A DNA stretch of 64,000 nt from Octopus sinensis (taxonomy: Eukaryota): positions 22,332,464-22,396,463 of the forward strand of contig NC_043011.1 of the NCBI RefSeq assembly GCF_006345805.1, read 5' to 3'. The notes beneath the pieces were generated by a model. It worked only from the letters and a program-made list of their open reading frames with translations, did no database searches and was not told the origin of the DNA. The position numbers and the translations under genes were made by a program. Below, piece after piece: positions 12,699 to 25,242 of this stretch (position 1 is its first letter; every line of letters starts with the position of its first letter).

Positions 12699-15526
12699 TC
12701 TACATATAAATTCCAGTCAGAACGGTTGAAACATTACTGATTATCTTCTTCCAAGTCCAAGCTCTCTTTCCCTAATTAAATAATTAATGATATCACTGAA
12801 TTCTAACTCACTATTTAAGGTAGTATCTACCATGATTCAATTTTTGGTGAAAGGTAATATCCAACACCATGATAGGCCTATGGCCTGCCAGTCCAGAAGT
12901 TACCTTCTATTTGTTTTTAGGCAGATCCACTATCCATTGCTGGCTTGCCAGGCCTGTTGCAACTTCACCATATTACTTATTCTTGCTAGCTGAGTGGATT
13001 AGCTCACGGACACAATGCATTGCCTGGTCCTGGAATCAAAACTACAATCTTACAGTCATGAGTCCAACACCCTAACCACTAAGCCATGTGCCTCCACATT
13101 CACTTTTTGATACTCAAAAACTGAATTAAGAAAGAAAAAAGAACATGAAAAAATTCACTGAACAAAAATACAAATGTATATGGTGTAAACAAGAAGTCTT
13201 TCAACAGTCAATTCTTTCTAAAAATGAGGCTAAACTTTTTTTCAGCCTCCCAAACAATGACATTATTTAAATGTGCAACTTAGGATACGATGACAATTGT
13301 TGTTATTTACAGTACAAGACTTCAAGTGTCAAAGTAGAGATAACTCAGAACTGAATTTTTTTTTTTTGCATACTTTTGTGAACAATAGCCTTATTGGACA
13401 GTTGATCTCAAAGAAGCAAGGAAGTCCACTTAACCAATCGTTAACATGTCTGCAACTCCATTCCATTATGACAGCAGAGAAAAACAGATGTCAAAACAAT
13501 GATGATAGTCACTCATATAAAACGTGAAAATGTATATCACTAAAGAATTGAATGAAATGAGACTAGATGAAGATAAGTTAGTAAAATTTTGAACTGGCAA
13601 ACAAAAGAGCAAAGTAAAAAGTGTAGCTTTCAGAAACTAGTATGAAAGACAATCTGTAGGCATTTCAAAAACAGAGTGGATTATTTTCATGAATTATTGA
13701 TGTTAACGAAAGACTGAGCCTTATTTATGACCAAATGTTGCAATGTTGGGATGATTTCTTGTTATAGTAGACTAAGATGAAGTGCATTGCTTTCCAAGTT
13801 AGAAAGTCTAAAGGAAACAAACTTTAGGACAATAACACACGATTTCTGATAAGATTAGATACACGTGGGGTATGAACTTGATTGTATTTGATACAACAAA
13901 CTATTTATTGTTAGAATGTACACGGATAAAGTCAGAAGCAACAATCAGAAACTTATGGTTGCATGGCGAATGAGACATCACAGTTGTAATATCTGTTTTC
14001 TTTTCTGGCTTAAAATTTTAAGCTGAACTGTTAATCTTCAACAATATTGGCTTCAAATTTTGGCACAAGGCCAGCAATTCTGGAGAGGAGAATAGTTGAT
14101 TACAACAATCCCAGTGATTAACTGGTACTTACTTTATTTACCCCGAAAGGATGAAAGGCAAAGTTGACCGTGGCAGAATTTGAACATAGGATGTAAAGAT
14201 GAATGAAATGCTGCTAAGCATTTTACCATCTCACCCTCTTATCTTCAACAATAAATATTGAAAGGCAATGCTTATCTCCCACGTAATGTAAGTATTGTGT
14301 TAGAACACAAAATACTGTGTTGCTTACCATGAGAGGATCTCTCACATGGACTCATGGTGCATAAAATCACGTGTGTTTATATCATTGACGGTGTGGCAAC
14401 TGTAGCCGATGGTTATCGTTTGTCGACAATAAAACACCCACATTATTACCTGTTAGTATTAATACTGCTTTTGTTGCTATTCATCATCATTTAATGTCTG
14501 TTTTGCATGCTGGCAAGCCAGAAGACGGCACCAGGCTTCACTCTCTGTTTTGGCATGGTTTTTAAAGCTGGATGCCCTTTCCAATACCAACCACTTAACA
14601 AGAGTGGAACGAGTGCTTTTTACATGACACCAGCACTGGCAAGGTCTGTTTTGGCATGGTTTTAATGGCTAGATGCCCTTATTAATGTCAACCACTTTGC
14701 ATAGTGGCAAAGGTGCTTTTTGCATGCCACCAGTACTATTGTTTTATAAATATTGAATAATAAGGACAATAACACGTCTAGTGTATTCCTTTTGATCATC
14801 TCTGCTGCAATAACCACCTAAATCCCAGGACATACTTAGTCAAGTTAAGCAATAAAATGGATGGAACATGTCCACATAGGATTCTTTACACTGGATAACA
14901 GAGTATGCAATGAATTTCCCACTGGACTGAATTATGGTATAAATATTATGCTGGGTTATTTCTAAGATTTTAAATGCCTAGCACCATTCTCTGAAGTAGA
15001 TCTATAAAAAGAACTAAACTAGGTGTAGTCATTGATGTCTACCATATTTTATAGTAAGTGATATGAAGAAAAAAAATATAAGTAAACTGAAGAAAAAAGT
15101 ATCACAATTAAGACTTTATTCATGAACAAGTAACTAAGTTGAATGATTCCCCCAAGCCACCATTCATTAACAAATTATAACTCTTTGGAGGGTTAAACAA
15201 TTTTGGATGAAATTAGTGTGACCATGAAAATGAAAGTATAAAAATATGCCAATAAATAATTAGAACTATAATTAAATGGAAATTTTAAAATTATTGAACA
15301 GTATAAAATATATGTCTGTGCATATCTCTCAAGAAACGTTCTACATCAGAACAAAATACACTTCTATTTAATTCAGTTTCATTCATTCAAGAGAGAGAGA
15401 GAGAGTGATTCTGTGTGTGTGTTATTGTTGGTTAATTTCAAACATACAAAAAGCGATTAAATCAAATATTTGGTCCCCCAGATAACCTCTCAGTGCTAAA
15501 TGCAATAACATCATGAGAATTTTTTT

Positions 15527-15536
15527 TTTATTTATT
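15527..15536 (-). promoter_or_regulatory. Overlapping AATAAA polyadenylation signals of the Ski7-like isoform
   Basis: Minus strand reads AATAAATAAA about 150 nt after the stop codon at 15686. An adjacent genomic A-run could cause internal priming in 3'-seq data. Confidence 0.55.
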
Positions 15537-15685
15537 AAAAAATTACGGTGGTGTAGTTAAATAAAAAAATATAAAAGTAAGGTATTTACAAATATGACAG
15601 GGCTTTATGCATGGGATTTAAATTAAAACGGACTTTCTCAGTAACAAACAGAAAATAACATGAATAGAAACCATTCAAATTTTTA

Positions 15686-17487
15686 TCAGCTATTTGCTTC
15701 AACTGCAATTGGCGCTCGATGGTGATAGGCTTGCTTCTGTCGTGTTTTTACAACATCATCTGGTGATGGTGTAGAGAAATCAAATGGTGTGATATGATGG
15801 AATAAAGTTGACTCCCAGTTTGTAGATATTCCATTCATTTGCACCTTATATGAAAATTTTGGATATTTCAGCTTCTTTGTAGAATTGCTGGAACACTTCT
15901 GTGCTCTGTAGGAAATTACTTTTCCAAATAAGGAAACAGGCTCTTTGAATGCAGTTTTCTGGATTTGCACATCAGGATCTTCTCTAGTTAAATATGTGTT
16001 GTTTTCTTTCTGGGAACAACTAGAATTATCATTATTAGTTTTGTGAACTGGAGTGCTTTCTGGATTGGGCTTAGTTTCCTTAGGTTTCTTGCATAAATCT
16101 TCAAGCCTATTTTCAGCAATGTAATCAGACTTGGGGCTAAGTTCAAGGTTTACTTGACTAATCAAACTTCCTAGAGAAAATGCAGAATCCAAACAGTCGT
16201 CATCTTTGAATGATGATTCTTTGAGTTCTTCTTCCTCGTTAACTTCTAGATTGTATTTAGAGTCATTGAGGTGAGAAGGGAAAGTAGTGTCATTTTCTTT
16301 CTTAGGAAAAGTAGAAAATTTATGATTAGTGAGATCACACAATGAAAATCCCGTAACAGTTTGAGGAGGAGGTGAACTATTTATATTTGAGCAAATCTCC
16401 TTTGGATTTTGCAAGGGATTCTTCTCAGATGTATTCTTAAGCAACTCAAGATGTTTAGAGGCACTCTTATTTTTAGATGGTCTCGAAAAATCAAATGTTT
16501 TTGCAAAACTACTTTTTGAAATATCTGAAGAAAACTGAATCGGTTTCTGAGTTTGTTTTTGTGAAGTTTTAAGTTTTTTGTCTTTCTTCACCGGTTCAGT
16601 ATCAAACAGGGAAACATCTGAATCAAGCTTAAAACGGGTTTTTGTTAAGTCAGCTAAACTTGTCTTATCTGTGTTCTTGGGAGAAAATTTTCTATTTTTG
16701 GAACAGTTTTCACAAGTTTCTTGTGGACAGGTTTCAGCACAACTACATTTATCTTTAGGTGGATCTTTTATACATTGTTTATCATCATTTGTCTTCTTGT
16801 ATCTCTCATTATCAAGATCACCAAGTGAAGACTTAAAACCACTTTCCTGTTTAATCAACGAAGACAAGCTAATTGGTTTATCTCCAATATCAGAACTGTC
16901 TTCATAATCTTCTAGCCATGTATTTTTTTCAATTCCATCAGACAAAGAATGACCAAATTTATTGACTGACGAAAATTTGGCATCTTTTTCCATTTGTTCT
17001 TTATTCTTTTTTGCTTTTTCAAACAAATTCATAAGTTCCTGCTTATTAGATCCATTTTTTAATTTTGGCTTTGTTACACTACTTACTGCAGCAGTGTTGC
17101 TATCAGTTGAAAGCTTCTGACAAAGTGAGGGTGACGAATTCCCAACCCCATGTGTCTCAAAATCGCCTTCCATTGTATGATTAGAAGGCAGTAAACAACT
17201 TTCCTGATTCTCTTCTTGAATGGAATTCTTACTCATTTTCTGATCTAATGATACTAGCTGATCTTCTTGACTATCTTCACTTTCAGAGGTTTTTCGCTGA
17301 AAGATCTCAACTTCAAAGTTGTCTGAAATTGCACTTTCATATGAAGAGCATTCCTCATCTCCTACACTATTCATTCTTCGACATGCAAATGTTTGAAAAT
17401 TCCTGTCTGAAAACTGATTACAATCTGTAGGACTTGTACAGTAATTTTGATTACAAAAACTATCATCTAATTCACATAGAGAAAAGT
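15686..17487 (-). CDS. HBS1L: Ski7-like (HBS1LV3-type) terminal exon of HBS1L; exosome/SKI adaptor region
   Basis: Track ORF of 562 aa (17374-15686) stays open upstream to 17488, with TAA just before. In-frame phase-1 acceptors lie at 17487 (gtaAG|AC) and 17424 (ctacAG|AT). The C-terminus ..EPVSLFGKVISYR..YPKFSYKVQ..ITPFDFSTPSPDDVVKTRQKQAY matches the Ski7/HBS1LV3 motifs. Confidence 0.9.
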
Positions 17488-17492
17488 CTTAC

Positions 17493-17681
17493 CTTACAAA
17501 AGCCAAAAATTAATATGAAGTAGTAGGAGCAGAAGTTTCAACCAATCAGAAACCAGACGATGGCAGCATATTCCACACATTACCAAAAATTTTAAATGGT
17601 AGAAGTAGGAGACAAGAGGGAGATGTCATGAAAGAAAAGAAGAAAAAAAAAAAGAAAAAAAAAGAAAGGCTCTCGTTAGAA
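17493..17681 (-). promoter_or_regulatory. Extended 3' splice-site region: branch point TTCTAAC, long pyrimidine tract, AG-exclusion zone
   Basis: TTCTAAC at 17681-17675 with branch A at 17676. A pyrimidine tract of about 40 nt starts at 17669. There is no AG on the minus strand from 17669 to 17495. Confidence 0.6.
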
Positions 17682-19289
17682 TGTTTATTATTATTTTAAA
17701 ATTCCAACTAAATAACCAAAAATATTTAGTATTTATTTCCATGAACACCAATAGAGGTGACATAGAAAATATTTACACCACTGCAATCCTAGTCAAGGCA
17801 CACAACACCTGCATCAGTCCATTAACTGGTCATCAAATACAACATTCATTTGTAAAAAAAACAAAAAAAAAACAAAAAACAAAAAAAACCCACAAAATTT
17901 TGCAAACACCAAAATTTTAATTTATAGTAAAATCAAGATAAAAACAGAAGATGCTACAAGTAAAATTATAGTTAAAAAGAGGTATCAACTTCCAAGAGCT
18001 GTTTACACAAAGTGTACAAAAGCTACACACATCTATCAAAGAAAATTTACAATTTTATAAACCTCCTTTTTTTTTATATATTATAAATGTAAATAAGAAG
18101 TTTAGACTAATTTGAATCAACTAAAACTAACCTGTAAATTGATTTCAATTGATAGTACATACCCACAAATATCTGGGGAACAATTTTTAATTTAATTCGG
18201 TTACAAGTATAATTCATCCTCATTTCAGTAGGTCATGAAAGGATGTGAGTACCACATTACAAGCTGATGAAAAACTCAGATATACACATATAGAAATTTT
18301 ACTACTTACAACAGTCAGCTATCATTTAGAGTTACGAATGCTGATTTAAGTGTTAGGTGCTTTTTGCCAGGAACACAATGCAGCTCTAGTTCCTAATGAT
18401 AATATTATATATTTCTAAAGACAGAATATAATCCGGTGTATGTAAGAAAGTCCAAATAATTGTAGTCTACAACTTAAGAATCTCAAATAGGGTCACATGC
18501 AGAAAAAATACGAGGAGGAAATCACTCAGTCACCACTTAGGAAATATCTACCTATTTTTAGAATTCACCATAAACATGAACCTCTGCATTGTCATTTAAC
18601 CTAATCTCCCTCACATTACGCCCTACTATCTTAAAACAGGAAGGAAGCATTGGACAATGTAGTGCTAGATATACAAAAAGATGCAGCTTGCACACTGTCT
18701 TCTTTGTTGAAATGCAAATGGACTTACTGGTCACTTGCCTATAAGATCTCAATCAACTTCATAAATCTTTTTGTTTGCCACAATTCAATCCAAATGGATG
18801 TGTACCCCTGCAGACAAACCCACAATATTTGCCTCTATTCCACACACTCTAGCATGTGCAAAAAGACATCAAATGCAGAAACTTCTGTAATCACATCCAT
18901 GCAACAAAGGACCCGTCTTGATTCTGTGATACTATCACTCTCAATCTGACCTTTATATTCATCAAACAGCTTTTCTCTACATCAGTATAAGTAGCAAATA
19001 ATGGAAAAATACAACAGTATATTCCAGACCAAAAATGAGAAAACTCTATAACTAAATATGACTCTCTTTTACAATATTTTAACAACAGTAGAAACAGTTA
19101 CAAACAGCTTTCTCATTATCAACTTCAGCAACCCCACATAAGTTTTTCTTAGAATACCTCCAATATGCTCTCTAATGTCACACATCAGTTGTCTATTGCT
19201 CTTATTCTTACATATAAGCCTTGATACATCAGTAGAACCTTAAACCACGAGACATGAGAACGCCCTGGCAAAGTTGCCTATTTACTGCA

Positions 19290-19555
19290 CTTATCTCGAC
19301 TGGCCTCTGTGCCGATGGCAAGTAAAAAGCACCATCCGATTGTGGCCGTTGCCAGCCTCATCTGGCACCTGTGCAGGTGGCACATAAAAAGCACCCACTA
19401 CACTCTCGGAGTGGTTGGTGTTAGGAAGGGCATCCAGCTGTAGAAACACTGCCAGACCAGACTGGGCCTGGCGCAGCCTCCTGGCTTCTCAGATCCCAGT
19501 TGAACTGTCCAACCCATGCTAGCATGGAAAACGGACGATGATGATGATGATGATC
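19290..19555 (+). mobile_element. (GAT)n-tailed retroposon (SINE or LINE tail), family 2
   Basis: GGAAGGGCATCCAGCTGTAGAAAC...CCAACCCATGCTAGCATGGAAAACGGACG followed by (GAT)n. Nearly identical to 24945-25242. Confidence 0.8.
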
Positions 19556-22409
19556 TCACATAAAATTTAAGAATTCTAAATAGACAACTCCGTCAAATAG
19601 TGCAAAAAGAGTTCTTTCTGAATTCTACCATCTCAGTTGTGCCTTGGGATCCAATTATATCTATATCTAATCCACCCTTCTTTCTCACAAATTACATGCT
19701 CACTGTTACAGCTAACCACACACACAATATCACCCTCCACACTTACTTAACCATTCACACTGGCATCACTCATATAACAACCTGTAGATCTACTACATCC
19801 AAAAATGTTCTTGGAATATCCTAACCTCATTCAAAAGTACCAAGACACATACACTATACATATTATCACCCACATACATACATGAAAAAACATCTAAAAA
19901 CTAATCTATTCTCTATAAAAGTTAACCATTGTAATCTCTGATGGTTTTTTTCATTATGACCAAGTATGTAGAACATATCTAAAACTGCAACCCACTTCAT
20001 GCCACCTTCAGCTAAATATCAACTGAATTGACTCTTCTTTCTCATGTTTTATCTAATGGAAGATGCAGACTTTTCATATAGTTGGGTTGGGCGTCACGAA
20101 ATCAACACGCAATGATATTCTCCAAATTGAATAAAACTAAATAGTTAATTTTTAAATATATCTACAATCTACAACTAGTTATAATATGCAAGTAATGATC
20201 CTTAAACAATATCTTTTCCATAAAAATTAATAAAAAAGGTAATTATAAAGCATAAACGACAGACATTTTCCTTAATTATATTCAAACTGTCAACAAGAAA
20301 CTTTATGTAAGCTATACACACAGGCAAGGGAGAGAGGAAAGTACTTTTTATTTTTTGTGTAGCTAATCAGGTGGTGCTATTTAGTTAAATACAACCTGAA
20401 GTATTTCTGATTAAAAATAATCCCAAGATATCTAAAGGAAGACAGCTCAACAGATTCACCTGTGAAACAAAATCATGTGAAGAACTTCACAGAGGCTGAG
20501 GAATTGTTTAAACTATTTATGTAAGTGAATAAGGTAAGACGTATTAGAAATTGGATTATGTTGATTCACAATTATTATTAACAATTATTAATTGATCCTT
20601 TTGGTCATGACACTTATTTTTTAAAAAATGAATTCAGGAATTTTTTGTTAATTATTTTTGAATTTTTTTGAAGTTTAACTATCTATCCATATTAACAACA
20701 AGGTTAATCCAGCAGCATTCATTTAAATAGAATAAAAAAATATAAGTTAACAATAGACAAACCTCTAACCATGATGTTGGGCACAGTGAACAGTCTGGTA
20801 CCTGGCTGCTCCTGTCTCAATGTACAATTTCTAGATTGAATAAGTTCTCACCCACATGCTATTGTTATTTCTAAAACTTTTGTGAAAACATACATCATCA
20901 AATTTCACTCTATTCTTCATATGTTTGTAAGCAAGGGGTGATGAAATATATAATTCAAAGATCCAAAATTGTAACTGACTGTTGAATTCAATGTATTCTA
21001 CCAACTTGAGACTTTCATCTACAGGGTATATAAGGTTGCTAGGTTTAATTTTTATCTTAAAGATTTGAAATTTAAAGTAAGACAATTTTATTCATCATTT
21101 ATAACATTAAAATTTGTTCAGAGCAGACATTGAAATAATGATGATGAGAATGATGATATTGAATTCACTAACTAAAAAACAAAACACTATTACTATTTAG
21201 TTTGAACAACTACCACAAGATGGTATGCTACTGTATGTGCGTCTTAGACAACAAAAAAAGGACTTTTGTTAAATTTGATATAAATTAGTAAAAATGTACC
21301 AATTAATGTAGTTGCTTTTTTAAATGGGAAAAGAGTGAAAAAAAAACTCCATTATTCTAGACTGAGAAATATGTAATAACATAATCATACATAAATCTTG
21401 GAATTTGCAGAACTGACTAACCCATATCAACAGGAGATACAGTGAGCATTAAAGCAAGGTCGAATGTAAGTAAACAATTCATTTACATAATCAACATCAT
21501 GACAATATGTGTCCTTATCAAACTTTAGTTAATGTGCAAAGATACTATCATTCTTAATGTACATTTGCTGCAGGTGTAAAACAACTGGATTTTCAATCTA
21601 GGGGACAGAAAAGCCAGTTTGTTGAGAGTAATGGATGACTATTTTGTTATATGCAGTATTGATGTTGAGTCAAATACTATGAACTAGAAGAACGGCAACA
21701 GGAACCCCATTATGTTGTATTCTTCCCTAAAAATACTATAGACACTTCCTTTACAGTTACCATGCGTCTCAATTGTGGCACATTGATTCTCAGATAACAA
21801 TGAAGGAGCTTTATCAGATTATATAAAAGGATGAGATAAAACTGAAGCAAGAGTGTAATGAAAGCTACAGCCTCAAAGTGACAACACTTCCCTACTCCCT
21901 CATAGTCAGTAAAATAAAACATCTACAGTGTAGCTGACTGGCCAACTATATCCATAAGCATTTATCTTCTACTAAATAAATAAATATTCTTTAGAGATTA
22001 AAATAGTAAAGCTAACAGCAGTAGTTTTCTTTCTAAGAAAAAAATTTCCTTTATGCAGTCGTAATCAATCCTCCACTCACTTAGAAGTTTATAGAAAGAT
22101 GGGTATTAAATTTTGAAAAACCAAATGCAACATCAGATTTTCTTAGCAATACTTATATCATTTTAACAGAGACTGAAATCCAAGGAGGGACTAAAAATGA
22201 CCAGCTTAATTTAGCAGCTCAACTAGAAATAACAAGAAATCTAAGGTAAATTCTAAATTAGACTGAAATACTTAAAGACATGCAAGATAATTTACATTAT
22301 TAGCTAAATACCATATCTCGATGTTTGCATTAGTAAAGTAGATATCCTCTATTTAACATGAAGACTAAAGACAAGATTAATTGAAAGACGAGCTGAAAAA
22401 GATATTCAC

Positions 22410-22457
22410 CTAGTGATTTACGTCCCTCTCTGGGTCGTCTCTGTGGTTTTGGTGCAC
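22410..22457 (-). CDS. HBS1L: HBS1-like protein, exon 5 ((G)APKPQRRPREGRKSL)
   Basis: Acceptor gatattgtttcAG, donor G|GTGAAT, 48 nt, phase 1-1. It keeps the frame between exon 4 and the terminal exon. Confidence 0.8.
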   Translation of the reverse strand: MHQNHRDDPERDVNH

Positions 22458-22552
22458 CTGAAACAATATCAAATGATCATAACAGTAACAATAATGGATG
22501 AAAATAAAGAATTTATAACATGTTTAATTTTCCCTTATATTCATATATAAGG

Positions 22553-23250
22553 TGCTGGCATGGCTGTGTGGTTAAGAAGCTTGCTTCCCAACTATGTGGT
22601 CTCAAATTTGGTCCCACAGTGCAGCACCTTGGGCAAATGTCTTCTACTATAGCCCCAGCTGACTAAAGCCTTGTAAGTGGACTTGGTAGATGGACACTGA
22701 AAGAAGCCCATTGTATGTGTATACCCTTTTCTTGACATCATGTGATGGCTGTAAATGAGTGTCACTATTATACATGCAGCATTGTTTGTTTCTAGTCTTC
22801 TGTGAAAAACATGTCTGGCCATGGGGGAAATATCACCTTGCTTAGAAACATGTGGGGCTGGCAACAGGAAGGGTAGCTAGCAGTAGAAAATTTCCCTGAA
22901 TAAATTCAGTCTGACACATGCAAGCATGGAAAAGTGTCTGTGAGGTAAGAAGCTTGCTTCCTAACCACATAGTTTCAAGTTCAGTCCCACTGTGTGGAAC
23001 CTTGGACAAATATCTTCTACTATAGCTTTGGGTCAACAAAAGCCTTGTGTATGGATTTGGTAGACAGAAACTGAAAGAAGCTGTTGTGTATATATGTGTG
23101 TGTGACTATGTTTGTCCCCTCATCACCACTTGACAACTAGAGTTGGTGTGTTTATGCCTTCCATAACTTAGCAGTTGAGGAAAAAAAATTTTTTTTAAAC
23201 CAATAGATGGTGCTCCAGCATGGCCACAGTCAAATTACTGTAATACGTAA
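22553..23250 (+). mobile_element. Two adjacent or partial tRNA-SINE copies in HBS1L intron 4
   Basis: Repeated head GCATGGCTGTGTGGTTAAGAAGCTTGCTTCC and core. Confidence 0.7.
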
Positions 23251-24144
23251 AAGAATAAAAGGAATTCAATGATAGTAATGATATATCTGATAACTCATTA
23301 TCCAAAATACTTGGGACTGAAAATATTTGATTTCAGCAAGACTGTATATTTTTCATCTTTAAGGTAGGATAACATGGGGATGGAACCCAAGTCTAAATAT
23401 GTTCTTCATTCACATTGCATAAAAAAAGTTTTTACATATGTTATGAAGACAGTTTATATAAATTTAATGCTAGTTCAGTTTCACTTTGAGAAGTTTTGTT
23501 TTTTACCAAAACAAATCTATGATGGTTTAGATTACAACAGCTGCCCATTTCCAGGGAACCTTCTAAGCACATTCTGAAATTTTCTATTTGACATTTCTCT
23601 CACTTGGAAAATATTTGGGATTTTGGAGGTTTTCAAATTTTTGAATTTTAGAGAAATTATTATCAACTACATATACATGTCCTTCGACTCTTTCTGTCCA
23701 AAAGATTTTTTTCACCCAATATTTACACATTGTTATTACACACTATTTATAACTTTATCTGCTTCGAAATCCACCATTCCAAAAAAGAATTGTGTGTGTG
23801 TGTATGTTTATGCATGCATGTGCACATACATATACACACAAGCCAACAACAGAGTCACTATGTGGTTGCTTGATTTACTAGAACTAACAGCCAAATATTC
23901 CTCAAATTAGATCCTTATTTGAAAGCAAAAAAAAAATGGTATGGATACATTGAATATTGTAGTTCTAGCCAGAATAAAGAAAAAAGTATGGACAATTAGC
24001 ATGCCACTGATCATAGGTTTGCTCAATTAGGTCTCTCTCTCTCAAACACACACACACACAGATACATATATGACATACTGCAGTCTTAAAGACATATAAA
24101 CATGTTATGCACACCCATACACACACATATACATATCTCATTAC

Positions 24145-24279
24145 CTGGTGTGGCAAGCAATTCATTTAAAGCAGCTTCTGTGTCATAGTTATGCCTTTTA
24201 ATGCACTCCACAAGGATATCATCTTGATGAATGTCCCCAAGCACCTCGTGAATCTTATCCAAACAGTGGTTTAAACGAG
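24145..24279 (-). CDS. HBS1L: HBS1-like protein, exon 4, HBS1_N (UBA-like) domain (ARLNHCLDKIHEVLGD...YDTEAALNELLATP)
   Basis: Lies inside track ORF 24086-24328. Acceptor tttttattcAG, donor G|GTAATG, 135 nt. It shows the RL..CLD...EVLGD...D...AL..LL pattern of HBS1_N. Confidence 0.95.
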
Positions 24280-24944
24280 CTGAATAAAAATGGCAAAAGA
24301 AAGAGAAACAAATCAAATAAAAACTCATTTGTATATATTATGATTACACTGTGTAACACAACTTTTGTCTTTGGGCAGTAACTTGTTTCCTATTTGCTTA
24401 ACCCTAGAAAGTATGAAAAATGGCAAATATTTCCTTCAAACTTTGCTTTTGTTATATTTATTCAAACCTTAAAGAATCCCTCTCATCACCTGGTTATGAT
24501 ACTCCCCCAACTACTCCTGCTCACGATCAAAGACGCACATATTGTCAGCCACTAAAGGACATGCTCAAGTGGTTATGGTCAAGCAACTGACAAACAAATC
24601 TGTGGTATTAAGCAGAATATTTGCTATAATGGTATTTCTGCTTCAGCAACTCAAAGCTGAATCTGTTTGAAATGTAATGAAAAATAGATCAGTTTCAAAA
24701 CATTGATGTCCAGGTCAATAAAAGCAAAGTTTGAAGGGAATAGCAGTTATTTCCTTTGATTTCTAGATAAAAGCAAATAGGAAATAACACTTACTGACCA
24801 AAGACAAAAAAAAAACAAAACAAAATAAAATAAAAATTTTGTTAGTGTTATTAACTGCTACTTTGTTTTAATGTGTGACTATAGTAATGGACAAGAGAGA
24901 AACAGGAATGATACCCCATATAACATGAGAAACTTATATAACCA

Positions 24945-25242
24945 ACGTAAAAAGCACCATCCGATTGTGGCCGTTGCCAGCCTCGTCTGGCCCCTGTGCT
25001 GGTGGCACGTAAAAAGCACCATCCGACCGTGGCTGTTTGCCAGCCTCATTTGGCACCTGTGCAGGTGGCACATAAAAAGCACCCACTACACTCTCGGAGT
25101 GGTTGGCGTTAGGAAGGGCATCCAGCTGTGGAAACACTGCCAGAACAGACTGGGCCTGGCGCAGCCTCCTGGCTTCCCAGACCCCAGTTGAACCATCCAA
25201 CCCATGCTAGCATGGAAAACGGATGTTAAACGATGATGATGA
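24945..25242 (+). mobile_element. (GAT)n-tailed retroposon, family 2, with a duplicated ~60-bp internal unit
   Basis: Tandem AAAAAGCACCATCCGA..GCCAGCCTC..TGGCAC units, then the family-2 tail. Confidence 0.8.

Noticed and set aside
16578-16907. 109-aa plus-strand ORF
   Set aside because: Antisense shadow of the Ski7-like exon.
17493-17669. 177-nt cassette exon ending at the GTAAGA donor
   Set aside because: The phase-1 frame has stops (TGA at 17628 and TAA just before the donor), and its acceptor would lie only a few nt from the branch point. It remains possible only as a poison exon.
21710-21922. 70-aa hydrophobic ORF in HBS1L intron 5 as a membrane micropeptide or alternative exon
   Set aside because: U-rich intron sequence readily translates as hydrophobic. 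The nearby acceptor in phase 1 gives an immediate stop, and I recognise no homology.
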